Positions 1-10,387 of a stretch of 64,000 nt of DNA are shown here, one piece after another. A program made the translations under genes and the position numbers. Every line of letters starts with the position of its first letter. Position 1 is the first letter of the stretch. The notes under the pieces were generated by a model, which was given only the letters and a program-made list of their open reading frames with translations, was not told the origin of the DNA and ran no database searches. The DNA comes from an uncultured Chloroflexia bacterium (lineage in GTDB: Bacteria > Chloroflexota > Limnocylindria > Limnocylindrales > CSP1-4), in assembly GCA_963828165.1 (NCBI GenBank), contig CAWHDR010000005.1, positions 64,001 to 128,000 on the forward strand, in the 5' to 3' direction.

Positions 1-1248
1 GCCCCACAGCTTGCGCGCCTGGGCAGCGTCCGAACCCAGGTGGACCGGCTGCACGCTGGCCGCGATGCTCGCGGCTGCGAACCGCCCGCGATCGTCCGGA
101 TGGAGCATCTGGACGTGCTCGATCCTGGGCATCAGCGGCGCCGCCTTCGCGCCCGGCGTGAGGACGTCGAGCGCCGCCCGGACCGCGGCGTCACCGATCG
201 CGTGGATCTGGGTGGCGATGCCCCCGCCGGACGCCCGCGCGACGAGGTCGGCGAGCGCGTCGGGCTCGGTCATCCAGACGCCGCGGCGGCGGTCGGGCGG
301 GAGCGGCCGATCCGCCTCGGGCTCGATGTCGGCCAGCAGCGCGGCCGTGCGCGACCCGAGCGAGCCATCGGCGAAGCACTTCTGCCAGCCCACCTTGGCA
401 CGGCCCATGGGGTCGCTCCCGAGCGCCGTCCCGCTTCGAAACCCACGCTCGATGGCGGTCGCCAGGGAGTCGTCGCGCAGACACGCATGGACCCGCAGAG
501 GCAATCCGCCGGACTCGGCCAGGCGCGCGTAGACCGGGAAGGAGTACGAGAGGTCCGGGTCCGGGGCAACGCCACCAGGATCGTGGCAGGCGACGACCCC
601 GAGCGACACGAGCTCCTGCCCGACCTCGACGATGGCGGTGGCGAGGTCGTCCGGGGTGAGGGGCGGGACGTGGATCGTCACGAGCCGCGTCGCCGCCTCG
701 TAGAGCACGCCCTCCGGCGTCCCGTCGGGCGCGCGACGCACCACGCCGCCCGGCGGGTCATCGGCACCGAAGTCGGCGGTCGCGAGCGCAGCGTGACTGG
801 CCCACAAGGCGTGGTGGTCATGCGCCCACAGCGCGGCGCGGCGGCCTGGCGCGACGGTTTCGAGCTGGTCGGCGGTCGGCCAGCCATCCCATCGATCGCT
901 GTCCCAGCCGTGGCCCTCGAGCCAGGCGTCGGGCGGGAGGGCCTCGTGGGCGGCGCCGAGGCGAGCCAACCCGTCGTCGAGCGATGGCGCGTCGGTCAGG
1001 TCGACCTGGCGCCTCGCCATCGCGGCCTGCGCGAGGTGCAGGTGCGCGTCCGTCAGCCCGGGGATCGCGACCTGATCGGGTTCCAGGCGGATGCGCTGCG
1101 TGAACGGATCCGCGCGGGTCTCGAGGAAGATCTCCGACCCGGCGAAGGCGATGCGACCGTCGCGGATCCCGATCGCCTCGACCCAGCCGAAGCCCTTGTC
1201 GCCCGACAGGGTCGCGATGCGGCCGGTGATGAGCGTCTCGAGGGGCAT
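1..1248 (-). CDS. YtcJ-like metal-dependent amidohydrolase (amidohydrolase_3), 3' end runs off the window
   Basis: Manual translation from ATG 1248: MPLETLITGRIATL...PGLTDAHLH...KCFADGSLGSRTAALL...IHAIGDAAV...RIEHVQ...ASVQPVH. These are YtcJ-family motifs. Not in the ORF track because there is no stop in the window. Confidence 0.9.
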   Translation of the reverse strand, partial: MPLETLITGRIATLSGDKGFGWVEAIGIRDGRIAFAGSEIFLETRADPFTQRIRLEPDQVAIPGLTDAHLHLAQAAMARRQVDLTDAPSLDDGLARLGAAHEALPPDAWLEGHGWDSDRWDGWPTADQLETVAPGRRAALWAHDHHALWASHAALATADFGADDPPGGVVRRAPDGTPEGVLYEAATRLVTIHVPPLTPDDLATAIVEVGQELVSLGVVACHDPGGVAPDPDLSYSFPVYARLAESGGLPLRVHACLRDDSLATAIERGFRSGTALGSDPMGRAKVGWQKCFADGSLGSRTAALLADIEPEADRPLPPDRRRGVWMTEPDALADLVARASGGGIATQIHAIGDAAVRAALDVLTPGAKAAPLMPRIEHVQMLHPDDRGRFAAASIAASVQPVHLGSDAAQARKLWG

Positions 1249-1254
1249 GGCCGG

Positions 1255-2281
1255 TCAGCCTAGCGGCTCGGGCGACTCCCGCGGTGACGGTTCCGACCCC
1301 GCCGGGTCCGCGCAGCAACCCCGCCAGCGCATCGCGCGACATCCCCGCGCCGAGACCGAGCGCCAGCGCGACGCGGGTCTTGATCGCGCACAGCGTCCCC
1401 ACCCGCATCGCGCCGGCGCGGACCCACGTCCCGCCGCCGCCTGGGAACGCGTAGGCCGTCGAGACCGGCCCGGCCGGGCAGCGCGACGCCAGCGCGACGA
1501 CGATGCCCGCGACCATCGCCCGCTCGGCGGCCGCCAGCCAGCCGGGTGACGTGTTCCCGGCCCCCGTTGCCGCGACCACGATGCCGTCGGCCCCGGCCGC
1601 GACGGCCGCATCCAGGAGTGACCCGTCCGAGCCGATCCCGGCCGTCAGCAGGTGGACCCGGGCGCCAGCTGTCGGCACCGGATCCAGCCGCCGGCGCGGC
1701 CCGCGAGCCCGGTCCGCCACGACCCGGCCGTCCGCCACACGCCCGAGCGTGCCGCCGTTGGGCGACCCGAACGTCGTGAACGCGGTCGTGTGGAGCTTCG
1801 TGACGTCGTCCGCCGGCTCCAGCGATCCGGCGAGCGTCACGACGACTCCCGCCTCGCGCAACTCGGGCGACACGGCGGCCGCGACGGCATCGCGCAGGTT
1901 CGCCGGGCCGTCGAAGCCCGCCTCGTGCGGCGCGCGCATCGCGCCGGTCACCACCACCGGCTTCGCCGAGCGCAGGACGAGGTCCCAGGCGAAGCTCGTC
2001 TCCTCGATCGTGTCCGTGCCCTGGACCACGACGACCCCGTCGATCGCGGGGTCGTCCAGGGCGCCCTGCACGACCCGCCCGATCTCGAGCACGTCCTCGA
2101 ACGTGAAATGGCTGGCGGGGGTCAGCCCACGGTCGATCGGGACGATCTCGGCGATCTCTTCGAGACCGGTCGTCCGGGCCAGGATCGCAGCGCCATCGAG
2201 CGCGGGGACGTTGCCGCCCGCCACCGGGTCGAAGCCCATGCTGATCGTGCCGCCCGTGAACACCATCGCGACCCGGGCCAT
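1255..2281 (-). CDS. L-asparaginase (probable frameshift near 1310)
   Basis: TGGTISM and QGTDTIEET motifs. The ORF track runs to 818 inside the amidohydrolase gene. An alternative frame ends ...ADPAGSEPSPRESPEPLG* at 1255, 6 nt before the next start. Confidence 0.88.
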
Positions 2282-2294
2282 GGTCGGCTCGGCG

Positions 2295-3909
2295 TCAGGC
2301 GCGGTCGGCCGGGTCGGACGGACCGATCCGATCGGTCGGCTTCGTCCGCGTCCGACGCCGCCATGTCGATCTCGACCGTCTCGTCCTGCTGCTGGGCGGG
2401 GTCCGGCGCGCTCATCGCGACCGGGTCGACCGGCGGCGGGAGCTTGCTCTGCGGGGCGTCCGGGTCCTCACGCCACTTGGGCCGGTCGGCGCCCAGCGCA
2501 GCGGCGAGCGGATCCTCGAAATGGGGGTCCGCGCTGGCGCCGGCCACGCCCAGATTCGGATCCCGCAGGAACACGCTGGCGATGCCCGACGCGAGGACAC
2601 CCACGCCGACCACGAGCATCACCGTACCCGTCCCGATCAGGTCGGAGATCGGTCCCACGACGATGATCGGCAGGAAGCTCGACACCGAGACGAGCATGTT
2701 GAGCACGCCGAACACCCGGCCGCGGACCTCCTCGGGCAGGTCCTCCTGGAGCTGGGTCTGGGCGGGGATCGCCACACAGCCGTACGCCAAACCGGCCACG
2801 AACGCGATGAACACGACGATCGCCAGCAAGGAGGTCAGGGCCGACAGGTCGAGCAGGCTGCTCGCGGTGTCGGCGCTCTGGAGCAACCGGCTGATCGGCC
2901 CCGCGATCGAGAGCAGCGCGAGCATGATCCCGAGCGTGATCAGGCCGCCCTCGATGACGCGCCGGCGCGGGAGGAACTTGCCGTACGCGTTGAGCAGCAG
3001 GATGCCCATCACGATGCCACCGCCGAGCGGCAGCACGATCACGGCGAAGTCCTTGGGCTCCAGGCCGAGCGCGGTCTCGGCGAAGTCCGGGCCGAGCACA
3101 CCGAGCACGCCGATCAGCGAAGCGGTGATGCCCAGATAGAGGAGCGACCAGCCGATCGACCGGTTCGTCCAGATGAAGCTCAGCCCCTCGCGCAGCTGGG
3201 CGACGGTCGATCGGATGGCTTCCCGGGTCGCCCCGACCGGATGCGCACCGGTGTCGGTCGGCGCGCGTGCCGGCGGCGGCGACGGCGGAAGCGTGAAGCA
3301 GAAGACCGCGGCGAGGAAGTAGAGGGCGGCCACCACGATGATCACGGCCTGCGGGCCGGCGACGTTGATGACCAGCGGGCCGAGCAGGGCGAACCCGATC
3401 GCGAATGCCGCGTTCAGGGTGATCGTGAACACACCGTTCGCGGCGAGCAGCTGGTGACGCGGCACGACCTCCGGGATCATCGCTGCCTCGGCCGGCGCGA
3501 AGAAGACCGTGACGGTCGACACGAAGATGTTCAGCAGCAGGATCAGCAGGAAGTGGTCGCCGACCAGGAACAGCCCGACGATCGCGAATCCGCGCAGGAT
3601 GTTCGTCGTGATGAGCACCAGCCGCCGATCCACCCGGTCGACATAGACCCCGGCCACCGCCGAGAACAGGACCGCCGGGACCAGGAACGACAGGATCAGC
3701 AGGCTGACCGCGGTGTTCGGCTGCGTCGACGACACGATGACCGTCAGGCCGAACAACACCATGTTGCCGCCGATCTGGGTCGTCGCCTGGGACAACCAGA
3801 GGCGAAGGAACGAGGCGTTGCGGAAGACCGCCAGCGCCCCTTCCGACCCGTTAGTCATCGGCGGCGTCGTCCCGGCCGCTCCGCCGGTCGACTCCGCGGA
3901 TCCGGTCAT
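2295..3909 (-). CDS. MFS transporter (H+ antiporter-like/MFS_3; probable frameshift near 2320-2340)
   Basis: About 12 TM segments, GVYVDRVDRR motif A, and RGRVFGV. The ORF overlaps the asparaginase start unless it is shifted to the TGA at 2295. Confidence 0.88.
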
Positions 3910-4166
3910 CGGCCCTCGTCCGTGGCCGGCTCAGGGGCTCTCGCGACCGCGGCGTTGAGTGCCATGTCACCGCGTTGCACGAACTCGACAAATCTCCGCT
4001 CGAGCGTCGCTCGCGCCAGCAGCACGTGCCGGCCACACGTCTGGCAGCGCAGCCCGATGTCCGCCCCGAGCCGGTCCACGAGCCAGGAATCGCCCCCGCA
4101 CGGGTGGCTCCGGCGAAGCCGCAGGACGTCGCCGAGCAACAGGGTCAGGACGGGTCGGACCGGCAC
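3906..4166 (-). CDS. DUF951 family protein
   Basis: LGDVLRLRRSHPCGGDSWLVDRLGADIGLRCQTCGRHVLL signature; GTG start at 4166. Confidence 0.85.
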   Translation of the reverse strand: MPVRPVLTLLLGDVLRLRRSHPCGGDSWLVDRLGADIGLRCQTCGRHVLLARATLERRFVEFVQRGDMALNAAVARAPEPATDEGR

Positions 4167-4179
4167 GGCGGACAGGCTA

Positions 4180-4854
4180 TCAGAGCCGCGGGCGGCCGTG
4201 CCCCGGGACCAGTTCGCGGTCCGTCGCGGGGACGTCAACACGGTCGAGCGGCGTGACTTCCACCACGACATCCGGCAGGGTCGCGGCGAGCTGCGCGATG
4301 ATCCCGCCCGACCTGGTCAGGGACCCCGTGAGCTTGTCCGGTGCCCCGATCGCCGAGAGCTCGAAGGGATCGCCGAGGGGGACACCATCGACCGTGACGG
4401 CCCCTGCGGCGCCCATCGTGACGACGCCAGGCACGAGCCGCACGGACTCGACGGCGATCGCCTCGGCGCCGGCGTTGCGAAGCTCGTTGACGAGATCCTC
4501 GACGCCGCTCCCGTCGATCGGGCCGCGGATCGTGATGACGATGCCCGGTCCGGTCGCCGGATCGATGCCCGCGTACAGGCGCACCCGGCGCAGGTCGGCA
4601 CGCAGCTCGTCGACCGACGCCTCGCCGCGCTGCGTGTTGGCGGTGAGGGTCGCGAGCTCGCGCTCCAGCGTCCCGATCTCGCCGCGCAGTCCGTCATTGC
4701 GGTCGTTCAGATTCGCGACGAGCACCGTGAGCTCCTGCGAGGACAGCCCGGCGAAGGCTGCGCCGCTCGCCTGGGTTCGAAGCTGGACGATCACGAGCAG
4801 GCCCAGGACGAAGGCCACGGCCGCGATGGTGAGCTGGTTGCGCAGTTGGTGCAT
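4180..4854 (-). CDS. DUF881 family protein (YlxW/YlxX-like)
   Basis: N-terminal TM helix, coiled coil, GPGIVITI, LVNELRNAGAEAIAV, AIG motifs. Confidence 0.88.
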   Translation of the reverse strand: MHQLRNQLTIAAVAFVLGLLVIVQLRTQASGAAFAGLSSQELTVLVANLNDRNDGLRGEIGTLERELATLTANTQRGEASVDELRADLRRVRLYAGIDPATGPGIVITIRGPIDGSGVEDLVNELRNAGAEAIAVESVRLVPGVVTMGAAGAVTVDGVPLGDPFELSAIGAPDKLTGSLTRSGGIIAQLAATLPDVVVEVTPLDRVDVPATDRELVPGHGRPRL

Positions 4855-4857
4855 CGG

Positions 4858-5628
4858 TCAGTCGGCCGGTGAAAGCGCGGCTTCCGGGGACGGCTGGGGT
4901 CGTGCATATCGCAGGGTGACCGTGCCGGCGAACGCGGGCATGTCGACCGACTCGGGCTCCGCGATCGAGACCCGCAGGCCCCACGCCTCGGCCCGGGCCC
5001 GGATGAAGTCGACGAATCCGGGCGAAGCGCTCAGCCGCGCATACAGGTCGTCCGGCCCGATGGCCGTGACCTGGAACGGGCCGGCCAGGTACGCCGAGTT
5101 GATGAGGATGGACGGGCCGATGTCGATCACCGCGGTCGTCGGCGTCATGCGCTCACCGTTGACCGCGATGGCTTCCGCTCCGGCGGCCCACAGCTCTTCC
5201 ACGATCGTGCGCAGGTCGCGTGCGCCGACCAGCAGGTCCGAGGTGTTGCCTTCCGGGTCGGCCGGTTCGAGAGAATCCTCGAGCTGGAGGACGATCCCGG
5301 AACCGGTGAGCGGGATCAGGCCGGCCGCGATCCGCGCGGCCTCGAGCTGGTCGTTGAGGTCGCTGACCAGGGCCGCGGAACCCTCGCCCGCCTGCTCGGC
5401 CGCCTGGATCCTCGCGCGAAGATCGAGGATGGACGTCTTGAGTGCTTCCTGGTCGGCCTGCAGCTCGCTGGCCGTCTCGACGAGTGGGGAGCGCTCCTGG
5501 GTCGTGTAGCGGACCCGCGGTCCCTCAGCGGCGAGTTGCGCCGCCACGAGGAACCCGAGACCCAGCAGGGCGACCCCCAGGGTGACCTGCCAGCTCGGGA
5601 TGGCGCGCAGGCGGGCTCCGACGGTCAC
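4858..5628 (-). CDS. DUF881 family protein
   Basis: AGLIPLTGSGIVLQLED, IVEELWAAGAEAIAVNGERM, PFQVTAIG; GTG at 5628 overlaps the upstream TGA. Confidence 0.88.
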   Translation of the reverse strand: MTVGARLRAIPSWQVTLGVALLGLGFLVAAQLAAEGPRVRYTTQERSPLVETASELQADQEALKTSILDLRARIQAAEQAGEGSAALVSDLNDQLEAARIAAGLIPLTGSGIVLQLEDSLEPADPEGNTSDLLVGARDLRTIVEELWAAGAEAIAVNGERMTPTTAVIDIGPSILINSAYLAGPFQVTAIGPDDLYARLSASPGFVDFIRARAEAWGLRVSIAEPESVDMPAFAGTVTLRYARPQPSPEAALSPAD

Positions 5629-7014
5629 GGCATGGCGCCGGGTCGCCCACGGCGGGAGCGCGACCAGACGAGCAGCCCGGCGGCGCCGAAGACGGCCACC
5701 GCCACGATCCCCAGGACGAGCGTGGAGTTCCCACCGAGCGGCGCGCCGTCGCCGGTACCAGCGCCCGCGCTGGGGATGGGCGCCGGGGCGCCGGGCACGG
5801 GCGTCGCACCGGGGACCTCGCCGGGGGCGCCCCACGCGGATGGCCTGGGCCCTGGCGGTGCCGGCTGTGGCCCGTGTCGCTGGGGCACGACCGCATCCAG
5901 ATCGGCCAGCCACGCCGCATTGAAGGCGGCCGTGTCCATGCCGATGGCCGCCTGGAAGGCCTCGTCGTCGGTCAGCCCATCCGCGTACGACCCGATGAGG
6001 GCGACGAGCGCGTCCTGGTCGTGCGTCCGGATGAAGAAGTCGACGGCGCTGACGCTCTCGGCGTAGGCCAGGAAGAACCCATCGCCGGTCGGGAACTGGC
6101 CGGTCAGCCCGTCGAGCGGGATCAGCGTGCCGGCGCGTGCCGCCGATTCGACCGCCGAGCGGTCGCCGGGGTCGTACGACTGGCTCTGATAGACCGCCAA
6201 ACCTTCGTTGAGCCAGCGCGGGGGGAAGTGGTAGGGGTTATCGACGGCTGTGTCGAAGACGAGGTGGACGAGCTCATGGCGCACGACGATCTCGTCCCAG
6301 CCGACATCGGTCGCGCCGACGAGCGCGAACAGCGTCCGGATCTCGGCGTTCGCCTGGCCGCCGACGTTCTCGCGGGTACCCGGGCCAAGGGCGTCGTAGA
6401 ACGGATCCTGTTCGGCGTAGATGAAGAAGTCGATCGGTTCGTCCTCGGTGACGCCGAGCAGGTCCGACGTCTCCCGTACGGCTTCCTCGGCGATCCGGAG
6501 GGAGCGCTCGCCGAATGCGGTGTCGCCCTCGTACCAGTGGACCGTGACGAGGTCGCCGCGGGCCGTCTTCCAGTCGAAGCGCTCGTCGGCGTAGACGGCA
6601 TCCACCTCGGGACCGAGCACCGGGTCGCCATCTTCGGGCGTGATCCGCCATCGAGCGGACACCGGGGTATTGGGAAGGATGTGGCCGTCCGCGGCGACGC
6701 TCAGCTGGTGCCGCAGCGTGGTCGAGCCGATCGTGGTGGGTGGCGGCAGCTCGACGACCAGGGGCGAGGCGTCCGCGAACGTCAGCAGGACCTCGACACG
6801 CGCCGGCGTCTCGTCGAGCGTCACGGGCTGGGTGAGGTCCACGCCCTCGCCGAAGTTCGCATCGATGGTGGGCGTCCCGAACTCCGGGTCCGCGGCATGG
6901 ACCGGGGTGGCGGCGGCACCTGTCAAGGCGGCGAGCGCTGCGAAGCGTCGCCGCTGCCGGGGCAACGACCCATCGCAGTCTCCGCGCGCCGTGATGGCGA
7001 CCCCCCACGGTCAC
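5625..7014 (-). CDS. Secreted/membrane-anchored peptidase MA-family zinc metallopeptidase (probable frameshift near 6945)
   Basis: HELVH...WLNEGLA gluzincin motif, signal peptide, Pro-rich linker and C-terminal TM. The GTG at 7014 coupled to the upstream stop is in another frame. Confidence 0.82.
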
Positions 7015-8583
7015 GGCTGGCCCCACGCCAGTCCGGCGAAGCGCAACGAGCCCAGGCCGTTCTGCCCGGCCCCGAGCAGCCCGTCCCGGGCCAACGCCCA
7101 CCCGGTCCCGTAGGTGATCGGGACGACCGGCGCGTCACGCTGGACGACGTCCTCGGCGCGGTCGTAGGCGGCCGCTGCCGCGGCCTCGTCCGTGGTCGCG
7201 CCCGCCTCGAGGATCGCGGCGTCGAACTCGTCCGAGGACCAGCGGCCGTAGTTGTTCGTGGAGCCCGTCCCCAGCAGGACGCCGAGGAAATCGTTGCGGC
7301 CGGGATAGTCGGCGACCCACGACAGCTGCCACATCTGCGGCGGGTCGTTGTCGAGCCGATCGAAGTACGTCCCGAAATCCATCACCTCGGAGTTGAGCGT
7401 CACCCCGAGCTCCCGCTTGATCTCGCTCACGACCGCCTCGTCATAGGGCGAGCCGCCGGTCAGGAGCGTGACCTCCGGGAAGCCCTGGCCACCCGGGAAC
7501 CCCGCATCGGCGAGGAGCGCGCGGGCGGACTCCGGGTCGTGGTCGGGCAGGACGTCGCGATCGCTCCGGTCCGGGATGCCCGGCGGGACCATCGATGTCG
7601 CGACCGATCTCGGGTTCGGACACGGACAGGAACGCGATGCGTCGCCAGTCGACGGCGCCCGCGAAGGCACGCCGGATGCGGACGTCGTCGAACGGCGGGC
7701 GGCTGGTATCGAACCCGTAGAAGTCCGTCGAGAGCGATGGCACCTCGCGGAGCTGCGGCCCCAGGGCCGGGTCGTACGCGATCCATGACGCATCGAAGGC
7801 GGAGATGCCGACGTAATCGAGCTCGCCCTCCTCGAAGGCGTCGACGCCACTGCCGCCGCCGAGATCCGTCACGACCGTGATCTCCCCGATCGACGGCGTA
7901 CCGGCCCAGTACGCGGGGTTGGCGCGCAGGACCATCGTGCCCTGGGTCAGCTCGGCGAGGGTGTAGCCGCCACTGACGACGAACGAATCTCCGGCCTGCA
8001 GCGCCGCGGGCTCGCTGCCGACGCCTGGCGGGACGATGCCGAACGTGGGGCTGGCGACCACCGTGACGAATTCCGCAGCCGGCCGCACGAGATCGACGAC
8101 CACGTCGTTCGCGGCCTCATCGGCGGTGAGCCCGACGCCGTCGGCGTCACCGTCGCCCCGGACGTAGTCCAGCGCTCCCTCGACATCGAGCATGAGGGTC
8201 GCCAACGGCGAGGGCGCGGCGGGATCGATGATGCGGAGCCAGCTCCGGACGACGTCCGCAGCACGTAACGGCGTGCCGTCGCTGAACGTGAGATCCGGCC
8301 GGATGTGGAAGATGACCCGGCGTCCGCCGTCCTCGATGCGCCAGGATTCTGCGAGGGCCGGCCGCAGCTCGAGCGTCTCGTCGAACGTCGTCAACGTCTC
8401 GAAGAACTGGGCGATGACGGCCGCGCTCCCCGAGTCACCGGTGGCCGCAGGGTCGAGACTGGTCGGAAGCCCCAGCCCGATCCGGGCAGTTCCGTCACCC
8501 TCCGCGGCCGGGGCCTGGGAGCAGGCGCCGGCAAGCAGTGCGCCGGCGAGCAGGGGGACGAGCAGGGCGGTCCGGCGCAACAT
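7011..8583 (-). CDS. Peptide ABC transporter substrate-binding lipoprotein (SBP family 5), split by a frameshift near 7600-7630
   Basis: Lipobox LAGAC, PALAESW, FSDGTPLRAADV, PFDDVRIRRAF in ORF 7441..8583. Continues as ATSMVPPGIP...ARALLADAGF...WVADYP in ORF 7011..7850. Confidence 0.88.
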
Positions 8584-8590
8584 CGGCCGG

Positions 8591-8596
8591 AGTATA
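8591..8596 (-). promoter_or_regulatory. -10 element (TATACT), leaderless start of the SBP operon
   Basis: TAnnnT hexamer 7 nt upstream of ATG 8583, with no SD in between. Confidence 0.6.
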
Positions 8597-8627
8597 CGGG
8601 TGATGCCCGCGGAACCCGCGGAAGCGT

Positions 8628-8765
8628 GACCGGGCCGTCTCGGGGGCTCGTTCGCGGCGGGCGTGAGATGAGGCCCCGCAGGCCCACACCGCCGGGGGAA
8701 CGATGCTTTGCCCGCGAGGCCTCTGCTGCGATAACGACTCAGCTTCGCCGTCGTTAGGGCCGGTC
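8628..8765 (-). ncRNA. Candidate structured RNA of unknown family
   Basis: Closing stem GACCGG/CCGGUC; a 13-bp stem (8670-8682 with 8711-8723); an alternative stem (8656-8667 with 8683-8693); and a UAACGAC/GUCGUUA hairpin. Non-WC positions are G-U only on the minus strand. Confidence 0.5.
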
Positions 8766-8818
8766 GGGGCGAGATTCGCGGATTCGTTGGCTCGGACGGG
8801 TCGGCGAGGGGGGCGGGC

Positions 8819-8824
8819 TACGAT
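8819..8824 (+). promoter_or_regulatory. -10 element (TACGAT), leaderless cysS
   Basis: Hexamer 6 nt upstream of GTG 8831. Confidence 0.6.
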
Positions 8825-8830
8825 GTCGGT

Positions 8831-10375
8831 GTGACCCTGAGCCTCCGCAACACCCTCACCCGGACCGTGGAGCCGGTCGTGCCGCTGGAGACAGGGCGTG
8901 TCCGGATGTACACCTGCGGCCCGACCGTCTATCGCTACGCCCACGTCGGGAACCTGCGCTCGTACCTGCTCGCCGACGTCCTTCGGCGGGTCCTCGTGTA
9001 TCACGGGATCGAGGTGTTCCACGTCAAGAACATCACCGATGTCGGGCACCTCCGAGACGAGCGGTTCGATCGCGGCGAGGACCGCATGCTGGCGGCCGCC
9101 GGCCTCGAAGGCCGCTCGACGGCCGAGATCGCCGACGCCTACGAGGCAGCCTTCCACGCCGACGAGGCGTTCGTGAACATCCTGCCCGCGCATGTATTCC
9201 CCCGAGCGACCGAGCACATCCCCGAGATGGTGGCCCTCGCCGAGGCCCTCGAGGATGCAGGGCACGCGTACGAGTCACCCGACGGCAACGTGTACTACTC
9301 GGTGTCGTCATTTCCCGGGTATGGGCGGCTGTCGGGCAACACACTCGACGACTTGCGCGCCGGTCACCGCGGCGACGTTGAACCGGACAAGCGCGACCCG
9401 GCGGACTTCGCCTTGTGGAAACGTGCCGGCGAGGGACGTGCCCTGAAGTGGCCGACCGCGCGCTGGGGCGAGGGCTATCCAGGCTGGCACCTCGAGTGCT
9501 CCGCGATGGCGCGGCGCTACCTGGGCGACCGATTCGATCTGCACACGGGGGGCATCGACAACGTCTTCCCGCACCACGAGGACGAGATCGCGCAATCCGC
9601 GCCGCTCGTGGGCGGCCCGCCCGCCGCGGTCTGGGTCCACGGCGAGCACCTGCTGATGGCCGGGCGAAAGATGGCCAAGTCCGCCGGCAACTTCCAGCGC
9701 GTGACCGAGCTCGCGGAGCGGGGCCTCGATCCCCTGGCGTTCCGCTACCTCACGCTGACGTCGCGCTACGGGCGGAAGCTCAACTACTCGGACGAGTCGC
9801 TCGACGCGGCCGCAGCGGGGCTCGCGTCGCTCCGGGCGCGGCTCGCGGCGCTGGGCCCGCCTCCTGCCGACGGCCCGTGGTCAGCCCCTTCCGTCCTGGA
9901 GGCGGGCGCGGCGGGCGACCGCCCGGTGGGATCGGCGTCGGGAGTCGCCGGGTTCGGGGGCACAGCCCGGTACGTCGTCGCGGATCGCGCACATGCGCCC
10001 ACAGCTCCCCTGTCCCCTGCGGGCCGAGAGCTCCACGACCGGTTCGTCGCCGCGCTCGACGACGATCTCGACCTCCCGGGCGCGGTGGCATGCGTGCGGG
10101 AGATCCTCCGCGCCGATCTGCCAGCGGACGAACGGCGCTGGCTCGTCCTGGATGCTGACGCCGTCCTCGGACTGGACCTGCACCGCGTCTGGGAGCCCGT
10201 GGCGGACCGCGCAGGCGCTGCCGTGCCATCGGAGGTCAGCCACCTCGCAGCGGCGCGCGACGAGGCCCGGGCCGCGCGCGACTACGCGCGAGCAGACGAC
10301 CTCCGCCGAGAGCTCACGGAACGCGGCTGGGACGTCGTAGACGGGCCTGGCGGCTCAGAGTTGCGGCGCCGCTGA
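8831..10375 (+). CDS. cysS: Cysteine--tRNA ligase
   Basis: MYTCGPTVY, HVGN, NITDVGH, DFALWK, PGWHLECS, FPHHEDEIAQS, KMAKS, and a C-terminal anticodon domain. Confidence 0.97.
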   Translation: MTLSLRNTLTRTVEPVVPLETGRVRMYTCGPTVYRYAHVGNLRSYLLADVLRRVLVYHGIEVFHVKNITDVGHLRDERFDRGEDRMLAAAGLEGRSTAEIADAYEAAFHADEAFVNILPAHVFPRATEHIPEMVALAEALEDAGHAYESPDGNVYYSVSSFPGYGRLSGNTLDDLRAGHRGDVEPDKRDPADFALWKRAGEGRALKWPTARWGEGYPGWHLECSAMARRYLGDRFDLHTGGIDNVFPHHEDEIAQSAPLVGGPPAAVWVHGEHLLMAGRKMAKSAGNFQRVTELAERGLDPLAFRYLTLTSRYGRKLNYSDESLDAAAAGLASLRARLAALGPPPADGPWSAPSVLEAGAAGDRPVGSASGVAGFGGTARYVVADRAHAPTAPLSPAGRELHDRFVAALDDDLDLPGAVACVREILRADLPADERRWLVLDADAVLGLDLHRVWEPVADRAGAAVPSEVSHLAAARDEARAARDYARADDLRRELTERGWDVVDGPGGSELRRR

Positions 10376-10387
10376 CGTCCGGCCCAG

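Noticed and set aside
8762-8786. GGTCGGGGCG as an att copy of the tRNA-Pro 3' end
   Set aside because: Only about 10 bp match, and the intervening 37 kb is mostly core genes.
8600-8830. T-box riboswitch upstream of cysS
   Set aside because: No GGTGGNACCGCG T-box, specifier loop or terminator, and cysS appears leaderless.
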